Made by a program: the position numbers and the translations under genes. Below, one piece after another: positions 31,184-40,171 of a DNA stretch of 64,000 bases. The notes under the pieces were generated by a model. That model had not been told where the DNA came from and did no database searches. It was given only the letters and a program-made list of their open reading frames with translations. Source of the stretch: a virus (lineage: Duplodnaviria > Caudoviricetes). Numbering within the stretch: position 1 is the first letter of the stretch; every line of letters starts with the position of its first letter. The stretch is from IMG/VR virus record IMGVR_UViG_3300034069_002177, positions 32,001-96,000 of that record. One strand, 5' to 3'.

Positions 31184-31216
31184 CAACACCCCGTACTGTA
31201 ATGGTGCGGGGTGTTG
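31184..31216 (+). terminator. intrinsic terminator
   Basis: CAACACCCCGTAC/GTGCGGGGTGTTG stem. Confidence 0.7.
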
Positions 31217-31269
31217 GTATTTAAGCAAGCATATCCATGACTGTCGCTACCGGCTGGTAGAATCATGCT

Positions 31270-32289
31270 ATGACTTCAAACAACACCACTCGCGTTCCAG
31301 TCGTTGACAAGAACGGTAAGCAGACGACGGTTCACAAGAACTTAAACAAGGGTTACACTTCGCAGTTCCGTGTTGCCGCAGTAGCTCAGCCCAACGCCAA
31401 CCCGCCTTATCAGCGTGCTGTCCGTACCGCCATTGGCGAGATTTACAAGGACCGCAACGCCACGGTGAAGAAGCGTAATGTTGATTCCGATTGGAAAGAC
31501 GTACAGGCACTGCTTCGTGAAGGCACTCCGTACTTCGGCAAGCTATCTGACGCCATTTACGAAAAGGTCGGCGGCTCCTGGGGTAATGACCCTGCTAAGC
31601 GCCGTGAGGTGGCAGAGAAGATTGTCGATCTCGTTGGTCGTGAAGATGGGATATACAGTGACTTTGCAGTCGAGAACAACGCTGAGTTCGCTGCGGTTGA
31701 TGACAAGACCGATGCTGTTATCGATGGTGCCGTCAGCAAGGTCATCAACGAGCCCCGCACTAATGAGCGCAATAACCCCTTCTACACCTCGCAGGTTCTC
31801 AATCGTGAGACTCATGACTTGAAGGCAGACGGTGACCCTAAGACTTTTGGGGCGTACTACGAATTCGAGTACATGGGCGCAAGCGAATACGAGTGGGGCG
31901 CGATTCCTAAGTCGTTGAAGAACCTCCACTCAGCCGATGAGATTCAGATTGCTGAACACGAAGTCGAGTACAACGGCGTCAAGCGCACCGCGTACTTCAT
32001 TGGCGAGAACGTTGGTCCGGCAGTGGAAGCGATGGACTATGCTGCTAAGAACGCACAGGAGAACTACGGTCAGCTTTTCAGGAACAAGATTGGTAGCGGC
32101 TTGGAAGATGCGTTTACTGGTGGTGGCTATAAGTCTTCACCTAACCGCACCGTATGGCTCGCACTTGATGAGGATGCACCCATCATCTACACCTTGGATG
32201 CAGACCGGGCACGAGATGCTGCCAAGATTTTGCGTCGCGGTTCTGATGAAGGTCAGAAGTTCACCAAGGTTGAAGTCAACCTTACGTAG
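31270..32289 (+). CDS. hypothetical protein with N-terminal VDKNG motif
   Basis: 339 aa; YYEFEYMGASEYEWG motif. Confidence 0.75.
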   Translation: MTSNNTTRVPVVDKNGKQTTVHKNLNKGYTSQFRVAAVAQPNANPPYQRAVRTAIGEIYKDRNATVKKRNVDSDWKDVQALLREGTPYFGKLSDAIYEKVGGSWGNDPAKRREVAEKIVDLVGREDGIYSDFAVENNAEFAAVDDKTDAVIDGAVSKVINEPRTNERNNPFYTSQVLNRETHDLKADGDPKTFGAYYEFEYMGASEYEWGAIPKSLKNLHSADEIQIAEHEVEYNGVKRTAYFIGENVGPAVEAMDYAAKNAQENYGQLFRNKIGSGLEDAFTGGGYKSSPNRTVWLALDEDAPIIYTLDADRARDAAKILRRGSDEGQKFTKVEVNLT

Positions 32290-32815
32290 TCGTGAGTCAT
32301 CATGGTCACATCCTTGATTTGGCGGGGATGTGACCATGATGAGACTATGTGGTACCATTGATGTCAGTGGTCAGCACGACACTAGTAACAAGAGGCGAGA
32401 GATAGCCTCTTCAAAGTTTCTTCGAAAAGTTTCTCGGAAAACTCGACAAATCGCTTTCGAGTGTGTATTCTCTAAACGTAGGGCAGCAAGCCCTACACCC
32501 AAACTAGTCAAGAACCCTTGACGAAACCTAGGAGCAAACGTCACATGATGCGACAGCTATTTACGAACGGACACGCAGCTAAGCGTGCGTTCGATGCTGC
32601 CGGAAAATGGCAGTCGCCCGTATGCTCAGATATTGAAACCCCAGCCTATAAGCTCGGTCAATTGAATAGCGGTTTCGTCGGAGGTGAACTCGACAAGTAG
32701 ATCTAAACGTCTACCCCAGGCAATTTTAAGCCGGGAGTCACCGAAGCGAAAGCAACGGGACTCTCGGCTTTTTGGTTTGCCCCGAACAACACGAAAAAGA
32801 AAATCAAGAAATAGT

Positions 32816-32844
32816 TTGACAAAGGAAATACGGTCTGCTACATT
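32816..32844 (+). promoter_or_regulatory. SigA-type promoter heading the tRNA island
   Basis: TTGACA-N17-TACATT, downstream of a terminator at 32728-32773. Confidence 0.7.
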
Positions 32845-32898
32845 AGAAATATAGTAACCGAGAACACAACAGCAAGATAGCAAGTCACAACACAATAT

Positions 32899-32971
<73 letters not shown>

Positions 32972-33217
32972 CAAAGCCTTTCATCGGAGGAAACGTTGAT
33001 GATGAAGGGTCCGCGAGTAGAAATACTCATTGGAAACTACACAGTGGATAAAGAAAGGGGATAGGTTGCCAAACCTATCCCACCCCTTGTCGTAAAAATC
33101 ACGAACTCTTCGGAGGTCGGGAGGAACAACAAGGTGTGATGAGGGCGGCAATCAACATGCCGTCGTATAGCCTCACGGCTCAAAACGAAGGACTTGATTG
33201 TCGTTCTCATCAGTAAT

Positions 33218-33299
33218 GGTAGTTTAGTCAAGTGGTCAACGACACCGCGCTGTAAACGCGACGGCTAAGCCTTCGGGAGTTCGAATCTCTCAACTACCA
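33218..33299 (+). tRNA. tRNA-Tyr(GTA)
   Basis: Class II cloverleaf, loop CTGTAAA. Confidence 0.9.
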
Positions 33300-33395
33300 C
33301 ATCTTTGCTAGTCACTCCAGTGGTGAGAAACTAGTCGTAGCGAACACTCGCGTCAAGGTTCGAAGTAGGTAAGGTCGCTCCTTATCTGCGTGCAT

Positions 33396-33478
33396 GGCGC
33401 ATTGCCCGAGTGGTCAAAGGGATCTGACTGTAAATCAGCCGCAAATATGCTACGGGAGTTCGAATCTCTCATGCGCCA
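33396..33478 (+). tRNA. tRNA-Tyr(GTA)
   Basis: Class II cloverleaf, loop CTGTAAA. Confidence 0.92.
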
Positions 33479-33520
33479 CAGTTCATAACGAACTAGTAGT
33501 AAGCAACACAGTTTCACCAT

Positions 33521-33592
33521 GCCTTTATAGCTGAGATGGTTTAGCAATCGGCTCTTAACCGATGGACGCGGGTTCGAATCCCTCTGGGGGCA
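33521..33592 (+). tRNA. tRNA-Lys(CTT)
   Basis: Cloverleaf, loop CTCTTAA. Confidence 0.88.
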
Positions 33593-33718
33593 CATGTCGT
33601 TGTGGCGGGTAGCGCAAACCGAAGTACAAGGTAAGCGTCCAAAGCATGAAGGGTAACAGTCAAGCGCCGTGGCAAGGTGTGCTAGCAACCGTGAAGGTTG
33701 TAATGGCTTGACAAGCTT

Positions 33719-33792
33719 GGTTCTATAGCTCAGATGGTTAGAGCGCCGCCCTGTCACGGCGGAGGTCGCCGGTTCAAGTCCGGTTAGGATCG
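33719..33792 (+). tRNA. tRNA-Asp(GTC)
   Basis: Cloverleaf, loop CTGTCAC. Confidence 0.92.
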
Positions 33793-33889
33793 CGATGTAG
33801 CCGACAATATTCATCATCCTGCGAGACCTTTTATCGAAGGCGGTAGTGAGGCTTGAATGCGGACTTTCCTTCCGTACATCAAAGGATAT

Positions 33890-33962
33890 TCCTCTATAGC
33901 TCAATTGGCAGAGCATCTCACTGTTAATGAGACGGTTCGTGGTTCGAGTCCACGTGGGGGAG
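33890..33962 (+). tRNA. tRNA-Asn(GTT)
   Basis: Cloverleaf, loop CTGTTAA. Confidence 0.93.
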
Positions 33963-34065
33963 CAGTAATTCCGAGTCTGTGAGACTCGGGGTGAAACGAT
34001 GGTTAGGCTTTGGTATCGCTTCTCACAGGGGCGGTTGAAGGCTGTTCACATCCATAAAAAGAACA

Positions 34066-34135
34066 GGGGTAATAGCTCAACGGTTAGAGCGCTCATCCGA
34101 GTGATGAGAGAAGCTGTTCAAATCAGCGAATCCTA
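34066..34135 (+). ncRNA. atypical tRNA-like element (loop CCGAGTG, no U33, weak acceptor)
   Basis: D arm TAGCTCAACGGTTAGAGC, stem CTCAT/ATGAG, T arm GCTG-TTCAAAT-CAGC. Confidence 0.6.
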
Positions 34136-34308
34136 CAAAGCCTAAGATGGAAGGCGCTGCAAAGACTGTGCGGAGGTACCCCAAACAGAAACTAGCAATG
34201 TTGGAAGTTATGGCTTCGGGTTAGCATAAACCAGAATGCGGCGTGGGAGCGTGTATGGAACCGTGGTAGGTTCTACCCGATGTAAGAGGGAGGGAGAAAT
34301 CCTCACCC

Positions 34309-34380
34309 GACGAGATGGGCTAATTGGTCAGCCAGCGGACCTAATATCCGTGCATGGGAGTTCGAGCCTCCTTCTTGTCA
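34309..34380 (+). ncRNA. atypical tRNA-like element (loop CCTAATA)
   Basis: Fully paired acceptor GACGAGA/TCTTGTC, D stem GGCT/AGCC, T loop TTCGAGC; C33 and T37. Confidence 0.75.
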
Positions 34381-34386
34381 AAACAT

Positions 34387-34461
34387 GTCTGTGTAGCTCA
34401 GTCGGTTTAGAGTGCCACCCTGTCAAGGTGGAAGTCGCGGGTTCAAGTCCCGTCACAGTCG
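34387..34461 (+). tRNA. tRNA-Asp(GTC)
   Basis: Cloverleaf, loop CTGTCAA; one acceptor mismatch. Confidence 0.88.
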
Positions 34462-34471
34462 CAAGCAATTT

Positions 34472-34689
34472 GAAGGAGGTTAGCTTAGAAGTAGCAATCC
34501 TTTAAAGAGTGACGAGCGGCAATAAGCGTGATGGTGATAGCCGCACCCGATGCCTGAGTGAGAGTAAAGCTCAGGGGTTGCTAGAATAAGAACAAAGTCG
34601 AAATCCATCAGGAGTAGACGGAGTGAAGCGGGCGGTCCCTGCGTTCTGGATATACAAGGGTCAGAGTCTTTGGTGTAGTAACACACTTC
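34472..34689 (+). ncRNA. structured ncRNA containing a 23S rRNA H43/L11-site-like segment (possibly GOLLD-related)
   Basis: GGAGGTTAGCTTAGAAGTAGCAATCCTTTAAAGAGTG closely resembles the 23S rRNA 1055-1091 consensus; GAAG/CTTC closing pairing. Confidence 0.6.
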
Positions 34690-34844
34690 TTTTTGCCTAA
34701 TGTTGTGGTATGAATTCCGACGACAAAACCTCGGATGGCAACTGAGTTCTAGACTCAGAGCAGTGATTCGAACACTGCACCACGACCCAACTTTACTGGT
34801 GTCAGTCCCAGTAAAAGGTCGCCGTAACCACTCGGTGACCATCT

Positions 34845-34918
34845 TCCCCGCTAGCACAATTGGCAGTTGCATCTGGTTCTGGACCAGAAGGTTCTAGGTT
34901 CGACTCCTAGGTGGGGAG
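34845..34918 (+). tRNA. tRNA-Gln(CTG)
   Basis: Cloverleaf, loop TTCTGGA. Confidence 0.9.
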
Positions 34919-34954
34919 CAAAGGTCAATAATGACCCTCATCAGCAAATTTCAT

Positions 34955-35026
34955 TCCCCGATGGTGTAATTGGTAGCACGACTGGTTCTGGTCCAGTTAG
35001 TCTTGGTTCGAGTCCAGGTTGGGGAG
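34955..35026 (+). tRNA. tRNA-Gln(CTG)
   Basis: Cloverleaf, loop TTCTGGT. Confidence 0.92.
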
Positions 35027-35101
35027 CGGGAGTGGTAGAAATTACCGCTTGTATCAACTTGCATACAGCAGTCAGATGTGCAAGAATCTAGACAGTAGTA
35101 A

Positions 35102-35172
35102 TCCCCTATAGTGTAATGGCAGCACGAGAGCCTTTGGAGCTTTTTGTTTTGGTTCGAATCCAGATGGGGGAA
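35102..35172 (+). tRNA. tRNA-Gln(TTG)
   Basis: Cloverleaf, loop CTTTGGA. Confidence 0.9.
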
Positions 35173-35245
35173 CAAACGCGAAAGCGTCAAGCATTCCAGA
35201 ACGGTGACTACAACTCGCGCCGCTCCACGTTAGCATTCTGGATGC

Positions 35246-35317
<72 letters not shown>

Positions 35318-35421
35318 CAAGACACGTTCTCTACACCGAGGCGTCTTAGATACATCAAACAGCAGTGTGTAGTCAGGTTAGCTGGAATATGCAAGTTGCT
35401 CTATCAACTCAAACTGGGTAT

Positions 35422-35505
35422 GCGCACGTGGCGGAAATGGCAGACGCGCTAGCTTGAGGTGCTAGTGTTCGAAAGGACGTGAGGGTTCAAGTCCCTCCGC
35501 GCGCA
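35422..35505 (+). tRNA. tRNA-Leu(GAG)
   Basis: Class II, loop TTGAGGT. Confidence 0.92.
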
Positions 35506-35513
35506 CACATGAT

Positions 35514-35543
35514 TTGACAACATCGGTTTCGTTGGTGTACAGT
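35514..35543 (+). promoter_or_regulatory. SigA-type promoter
   Basis: TTGACA-N18-TACAGT. Confidence 0.65.
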
Positions 35544-35573
35544 TATGGAACAAGACAACAGAGAAAAAGATAT

Positions 35574-35655
35574 GCCCCTGTGGCGGAATTGGCAGACGCG
35601 CTCGACTCAAAATCGAGTTCTTCACGGAGTATCGGTTCAAGTCCGATTAGGGGTA
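35574..35655 (+). tRNA. tRNA-Leu(CAA)
   Basis: Class II, loop CTCAAAA. Confidence 0.92.
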
Positions 35656-35699
35656 CAGGTTGTAGGCTGAAAATAACCAGCATAGTCAGAAGCCTATAT

Positions 35700-35773
35700 G
35701 CTCTCGTAGCCCAATCGGCAGAGGCGGTTGACTTAAAATCAATACAGTGTGGGTTCAAGTCCCACCGAGAGTA
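35700..35773 (+). tRNA. tRNA-Leu(TAA), short variable arm (actinobacterial type)
   Basis: Loop CTTAAAA; D arm TAGCCCAATCGGCAGAGGC. Confidence 0.9.
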
Positions 35774-35816
35774 CGCAACACAAGCAATAGAACAAATCCC
35801 ATTAATTAACACACCA

Positions 35817-35889
35817 CGGGGTGTGGCGCAGTTGGTAGCGCGCCCGTTTTGGGGGCGGGAGGTCGCAAGTTCGAATCTTGTCACCCCGA
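35817..35889 (+). tRNA. tRNA-Pro(TGG)
   Basis: C1-G72, loop TTTGGGG. Confidence 0.92.
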
Positions 35890-35942
35890 CGTAACAATGC
35901 ATTACACTAACAAGTAACGCAAGCAACAAAAGCAACACGTAT

Positions 35943-36015
35943 TCCTCGATAGCTCAATTGGCAGAGCATCGCACTGTTAATGCGACGGTTCTTGGTTCGA
36001 GTCCAAGTCGGGGAG
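35943..36015 (+). tRNA. tRNA-Asn(GTT)
   Basis: Cloverleaf, loop CTGTTAA. Confidence 0.93.
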
Positions 36016-36175
36016 CTAGGCGGTAGGGTCGCCTCTACACGTCGATTACGACAAACATCATGCAACAGTGCGTAGCACGCGCTTTCGCCCAATGGGCGGA
36101 CGACCGCCTCTACTAGCCGCATGGTCATAAAGTCGAAATCATTAGTACGGTGCATCCGCGCCTACCGCCCATGTT

Positions 36176-36342
36176 TTCCTTGAAGCACACTGGCAGTGCG
36201 CGCCTACATAGTAGGTCTTAAGAGATGGAGGTTCGAATCCTCCCAGCCGCCCTCGTGACGGCTGTAGTTCAATTCGTAGATTGGTAGAACAGACCGACAT
36301 AGCCGGTAACAAAGAATGTGGGTTCAAATCCCACCAAGGAAT
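36176..36342 (+). ncRNA. double cloverleaf with cross-paired (swapped) acceptor strands
   Basis: TTCCTTG(36176-82)/CAAGGAA(36335-41) and CAGCCG(36244-49)/CGGCTG(36259-64); two D-like arms, two ACATAG loops, two canonical T arms. Confidence 0.75.
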
Positions 36343-36524
36343 CGAAACAACATCTAGCAGCATGGTCAGGAAGATGACTTGGATGTTGTTGTATCGAGGT
36401 ATGAATGAACCCGCGTAGCGAACCATTCCCATCTTCACCTATTCTTTCCTCGTAAGAGGCGGTGTTTCCTAAATCCCTCGGGATGGACGGACTCAGGGCT
36501 TTCCGTAAAGTTTCGTCCACCAAA

Positions 36525-36913
36525 GGGGATGACTTGGATTCGACTGATTGATACAGGCGAAAAGAAGCGTGCCGTGGGTTGTCTGGCGACTACGTAAATT
36601 ACACCAGGCAAAAAGAAATGCAAACGCATCTCGCAACGACTTCGCACTCGCAGCCTAACCGCTACGAGGCTTAATGGAGTCTGTCTCAGCTTCCAATGCA
36701 GAATGATTCACGGCAGGAACTAGGCATCAGCAAAGAGGAATCCGATGCGTCACCTAACTACTGGGTGGCAAGCAGCGTAATCATGGTAGATAGACGATAA
36801 CGAGCCGGTGTCCATACCAACTCGTTGCAGTCGATAACCGCCCCAAATGGACTACGCACGTAGAAGGTTTCGGTTTATCAAGCAACACGCGGGTTCGATT
36901 CCCGCCATCTCCA
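36525..36913 (+). ncRNA. ssrA: one-piece tmRNA; tag (A)ANASRNDFALAA at 36620-36658
   Basis: 5' GGGGATGACTTGGATTCGAC, 3' GCGGGTTCGATTCCCGCCATCTCCA, G3:U70, ALAA-stop tag. Confidence 0.95.
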
Positions 36914-37160
36914 CGACCACTCACGAGAAGTACCGGCTCGATACCGGCATGATCCACCATATGGGTCATCTGCATGGCAACAGACTACGTGGGAGCACAT
37001 ATTTAGGTGAGAGTCCTTAGTCCAGACCGGGAGGGTATGACCGGGAGAGGGTGAAAGCCCCTAGGTGCCGCCTAACGTGGACGGCACCGCACAAACTTAC
37101 AAGTACGAGTTGACAGAAGCCATTTCTGCCTGTCATACTGAATGAACAGCAACACAATAT

Positions 37161-37249
37161 GGAGTGGTCGCATAGTCCGGCTTAGTGCAGCAGTCTTGAA
37201 AACTGCCGTGGCGTTAAAACCACCGTGGGTTCAAATCCCACCCGCTCCG
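37161..37249 (+). tRNA. tRNA-Ser(TGA)
   Basis: Class II, loop CTTGAAA. Confidence 0.92.
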
Positions 37250-37296
37250 CGAAGGTTATAGGGTAGACATACCCGTTCCCTTTCACAATCAAAAGA

Positions 37297-37453
37297 TGGC
37301 GTGTGGCGCAATTTGGCTGACGCAGTGGACTAGTACCTAACCCCTACGACTGGTGAGTTGTAATGGCATGGACGGAATCCACCGGAAATAGGGAGGCATT
37401 GGAAACGATGTCCCACCCGAGGTTCCTTGCAGGTTCGAGTCCTGTCACGTTGT
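37297..37453 (+). ncRNA. expanded tRNA-like element (48-nt anticodon insertion, long variable region)
   Basis: TGGCGTG/CACGTTG acceptor, TGGCGCAATTTGGC D arm, GTGGA/TCCAC stem, GCAGG-TTCGAGT-CCTGT T arm. Confidence 0.65.
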
Positions 37454-37469
37454 CTTCGATTGTGCCTTC

Positions 37470-37542
37470 GGGTTTTTAGCTCATCTGGTAGAGCGCTGCT
37501 TTTGCAAGGCAGAGGTGAGGGGTTCAAGTCCCCTAAGATCCA
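37470..37542 (+). tRNA. tRNA-Ala(TGC)
   Basis: G3:U70, loop TTTGCAA. Confidence 0.92.
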
Positions 37543-37670
37543 CGAGTCAAAGAAACTTCGGTTTTGATTTGACTTAGATAGAAATTGTCTGGTAGTGTTG
37601 TGATAACAACAACGGAACTTGAAAAGACAACAGTGGAAATACAAGCTCAACGAAATTGGTTGAGCGAAAT

Positions 37671-37757
37671 GGAGCCGTCGCATAGTGGCCTAGTGCACCA
37701 CCCTGCTAAGGTGGAGTACCCGCAAGGGTACCGTGGGTTCAAATCCCACCGGCTCCG
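37671..37757 (+). tRNA. tRNA-Ser(GCT)
   Basis: Class II, loop CTGCTAA. Confidence 0.93.
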
Positions 37758-37951
37758 CAAAGACCGAATGAGTAACCCCTGGTACGGGTAAAAATTCAGT
37801 CCTCGCTCAAATCAGCATCATCGATGCGGCTTCCAGCCGTGAAGTTGGAAAGTACATCGAGGGTGGTACCACTGAAACGAGCAATTGCCTTGGATGACTC
37901 AATAGGGGTGCGAAATGACATAAGTCATGAGCTTCACTGAATAGGCATTAT

Positions 37952-38038
37952 GGAACCGTCGCATAGTGGTCTAGTGCACCACCTTGGAAAGGTGGCATAC
38001 CTGCAAGGGTATCGAGAGTTCGAATCTCTCCGGTTCCG
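37952..38038 (+). tRNA. tRNA-Ser(GGA)
   Basis: Class II, loop TTGGAAA. Confidence 0.93.
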
Positions 38039-38237
38039 CGTTGTCGTCTTCCAAGCGACAATCCCGACAAACCTGGGTGAAGGGTTGTTCAATGATGGCT
38101 AAGAACTAAAACCGAGCCATTGTGTATTTTCTTCATTCTTGCACTGACTAGAATGTTGCGGTTGATCCCGTTAGGAAATCTACGGAACGGCTTCGGTTGT
38201 TTCGGGTCGTTAGGGTTTGATCACCCTTTCGACGCAT

Positions 38238-38311
38238 GCCTCGCTAGCTCAATTGGCAGTAGCATCTGACTCTTAATCAGAGGGTTCCCGGTTCAAGTCC
38301 GGGGCGAGGCA
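38238..38311 (+). tRNA. tRNA-Lys(CTT)
   Basis: Cloverleaf, loop CTCTTAA. Confidence 0.92.
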
Positions 38312-38745
38312 CAAAGTATCTTCGGATACTTGCAGTAAGACAAGGCTTCCATGTACGCCGCAAGGTATGTAGAGAAATCGCTTCGCATGGGTGAGTCTTA
38401 CTGAGAACGTAGAGATGCGATTAGAGGCGTTCTTTCCACACTTGTACACCGGATCGGTCCTAGGAGCCTATCGTCACAGACGGCACATCCGAGGGAGGGG
38501 TTGATGAACCCTTGTACGTATACATCGTCGCTTCAAGCACAGCCTCTGTGAGGAACTGTTGCCAGTTCGGACGTAACCCGAACGCTCGTAAGTTCACAGC
38601 CTATGTAGAGGGGCTGGTGGGGCGCAATCCCATTGCGGTTATGAAAAGCCGAAAACTTGCAGCATTTTCGTCATGTGCGGGGTTCAATTCCCCAAGGGCG
38701 TCGGCTCAAACCCGGCGCGGTTGGATTCATTACCGTGGCGAATAT

Positions 38746-38819
38746 GGTGGGCGTAGCTCAGTTGGTAGAGCGCTGGCTTGTGGAGCCGGATGTCGCGGGT
38801 TCGAGCCCCGTCGTTCACC
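38746..38819 (+). tRNA. tRNA-His(GTG)
   Basis: G-1:C73, loop TTGTGGA. Confidence 0.93.
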
Positions 38820-38994
38820 CGAATTACGTTCTGATTCAGATACCAAAAAGGAATCAGAAAGTCATCGAACAGCTTGGTATCTCTGTTGTGGATGGTGTGA
38901 AGTCGTATCGAGTCATCTTTTGCGTCGGCAGGCGTTGATGACAGGTGATGCATTCCGAAAGGAACTGCCCGTCGATAGCTTCACATAAGTTTTT

Positions 38995-39085
38995 GGAGGG
39001 GTCGCATAGTCCGGCTTAGTGCAGCAGTTTCGAAAGCTGCCGTAGGTGTCACATCCTACCGTGGGTTCAAATCCCACCCTCTCCG
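38995..39085 (+). tRNA. tRNA-Ser(CGA)
   Basis: Class II, loop TTCGAAA. Confidence 0.92.
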
Positions 39086-39195
39086 CAATAGAGTTCAAGC
39101 AGCCCTGATTACCAGGAAGCATAAGATGACACTTGGACCTAGATTTCTTCATCGACTAGCAGATTCGTTCTGACTTGTCAGATGAAGTAAGTAAT

Positions 39196-39275
39196 GCCCG
39201 ATTGGTGGAATTGGCAGACACGCTGGCTTTAGGTGCCAGTGCTTAGGCGTGAGAGTTCAAGTCTCTCATCGGGTA
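39196..39275 (+). tRNA. tRNA-Leu(TAG)
   Basis: Class II, loop TTTAGGT. Confidence 0.92.
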
Positions 39276-39421
39276 CGCACGGATTCACAAGACGACTGGT
39301 GCAATGGTCGTTGCATAGTGCCTTGTTGTGATGATGTTGCCGGTTGGATCGGTATTGCACAATTGCCCCCCAACAAATCAGGTCCACCGAACGTCGTGAT
39401 GACAGTGCGGTGGGCTTCTGA

Positions 39422-39495
39422 CGCTCAGTAGCCAAGATGGTAAGGCGCACCGCTCATAACGGTGTTACGCGGTGGTTCGAGTCCACCCTGAGCGA
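39422..39495 (+). tRNA. tRNA(CAT), elongator Met or Ile2
   Basis: Paired C1-G72, loop CTCATAA. Confidence 0.88.
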
Positions 39496-39732
39496 CAAAG
39501 GTGATGAGGAAGGTCTTGACTACACTCATTATCTAACGGGACGACCCGGCAAGGTCGCTTTCGGTTCTCAGGTTTATCCCGTACACCCCTGAGACAGCAG
39601 TGTGAAACCTTTTGCCGAGGGTTGCTGCATTTTGAGACAGAAGAATGCATGTGATGTTATTGCCTCCGCGCTGACCTCTCCATGTTGGATATCTGTCGGA
39701 TCCTAAGTTGGTCACACTCGGCTTAGTTGTCT

Positions 39733-39806
39733 GGCGCGTTAGCACAATTGGTAGTTGCAGCACCCTTTCACGGTGCAGGTTACGGGTTCGAGCCCCGTAC
39801 GCGTCA
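39733..39806 (+). tRNA. tRNA-Glu(TTC)
   Basis: Cloverleaf, loop CTTTCAC. Confidence 0.9.
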
Positions 39807-39822
39807 CGTTTCTTGTTGGTAC

Positions 39823-39852
39823 TTGACAAGATAGGTAAGTCACCTGTAAGGT
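39823..39852 (+). promoter_or_regulatory. SigA-type promoter
   Basis: TTGACA-N18-TAAGGT. Confidence 0.7.
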
Positions 39853-39867
39853 GATAGTAGTAAATAT

Positions 39868-39941
39868 GGCGCTGTAGCACAATTGGCAGTTGCATCGGTT
39901 TCTCAGACCGAAGGTTGCGGGTTCAAGTCCCGTCAGCGTCA
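39868..39941 (+). tRNA. tRNA-Glu(CTC)
   Basis: Cloverleaf, loop TTCTCAG. Confidence 0.88.
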
Positions 39942-40070
39942 CGATAACCCAAACGCTCCGAGGAATGTCGGAATCACTGGCGGGTTAGATAACTAACGAG
40001 AGACACTACGTAGCCTTCCTCAGGAGGTCTTTCGTCCAGAGTCGCCTACTGAGGCGGAAGCGACTACCAT

Positions 40071-40144
40071 GCCATCTTAGCTCAGTTGGAGAGAGCGACT
40101 GTTTGAAAAGCAGTAGGTCACCGGTTCGGCTCCGGTAGTTGGCA
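40071..40144 (+). tRNA. tRNA-Phe(GAA)
   Basis: Cloverleaf, loop TTGAAAA. Confidence 0.88.
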
Positions 40145-40171
40145 CACTGGTTCCTTTTAGGACCACGTTAT

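Noticed and set aside
34309-34380. Amber suppressor tRNA(CTA)
   Set aside because: The stem register places TAA, not CTA, at 34-36 and U33 is missing; TAG is used as a normal stop in window genes
34472-34511. 23S rRNA gene or rRNA operon
   Set aside because: Similarity is limited to ~40 nt; no flanking rRNA sequence
37330-37377. Group I intron in a tRNA anticodon
   Set aside because: 48 nt is far too short and no P/Q/R/S core is visible
38518-38701. Third swapped-acceptor element (CCCTTG/CAAGGG with two T-like arms)
   Set aside because: Stems are short and D/T consensus is incomplete; retained only as part of the structured-spacer finding
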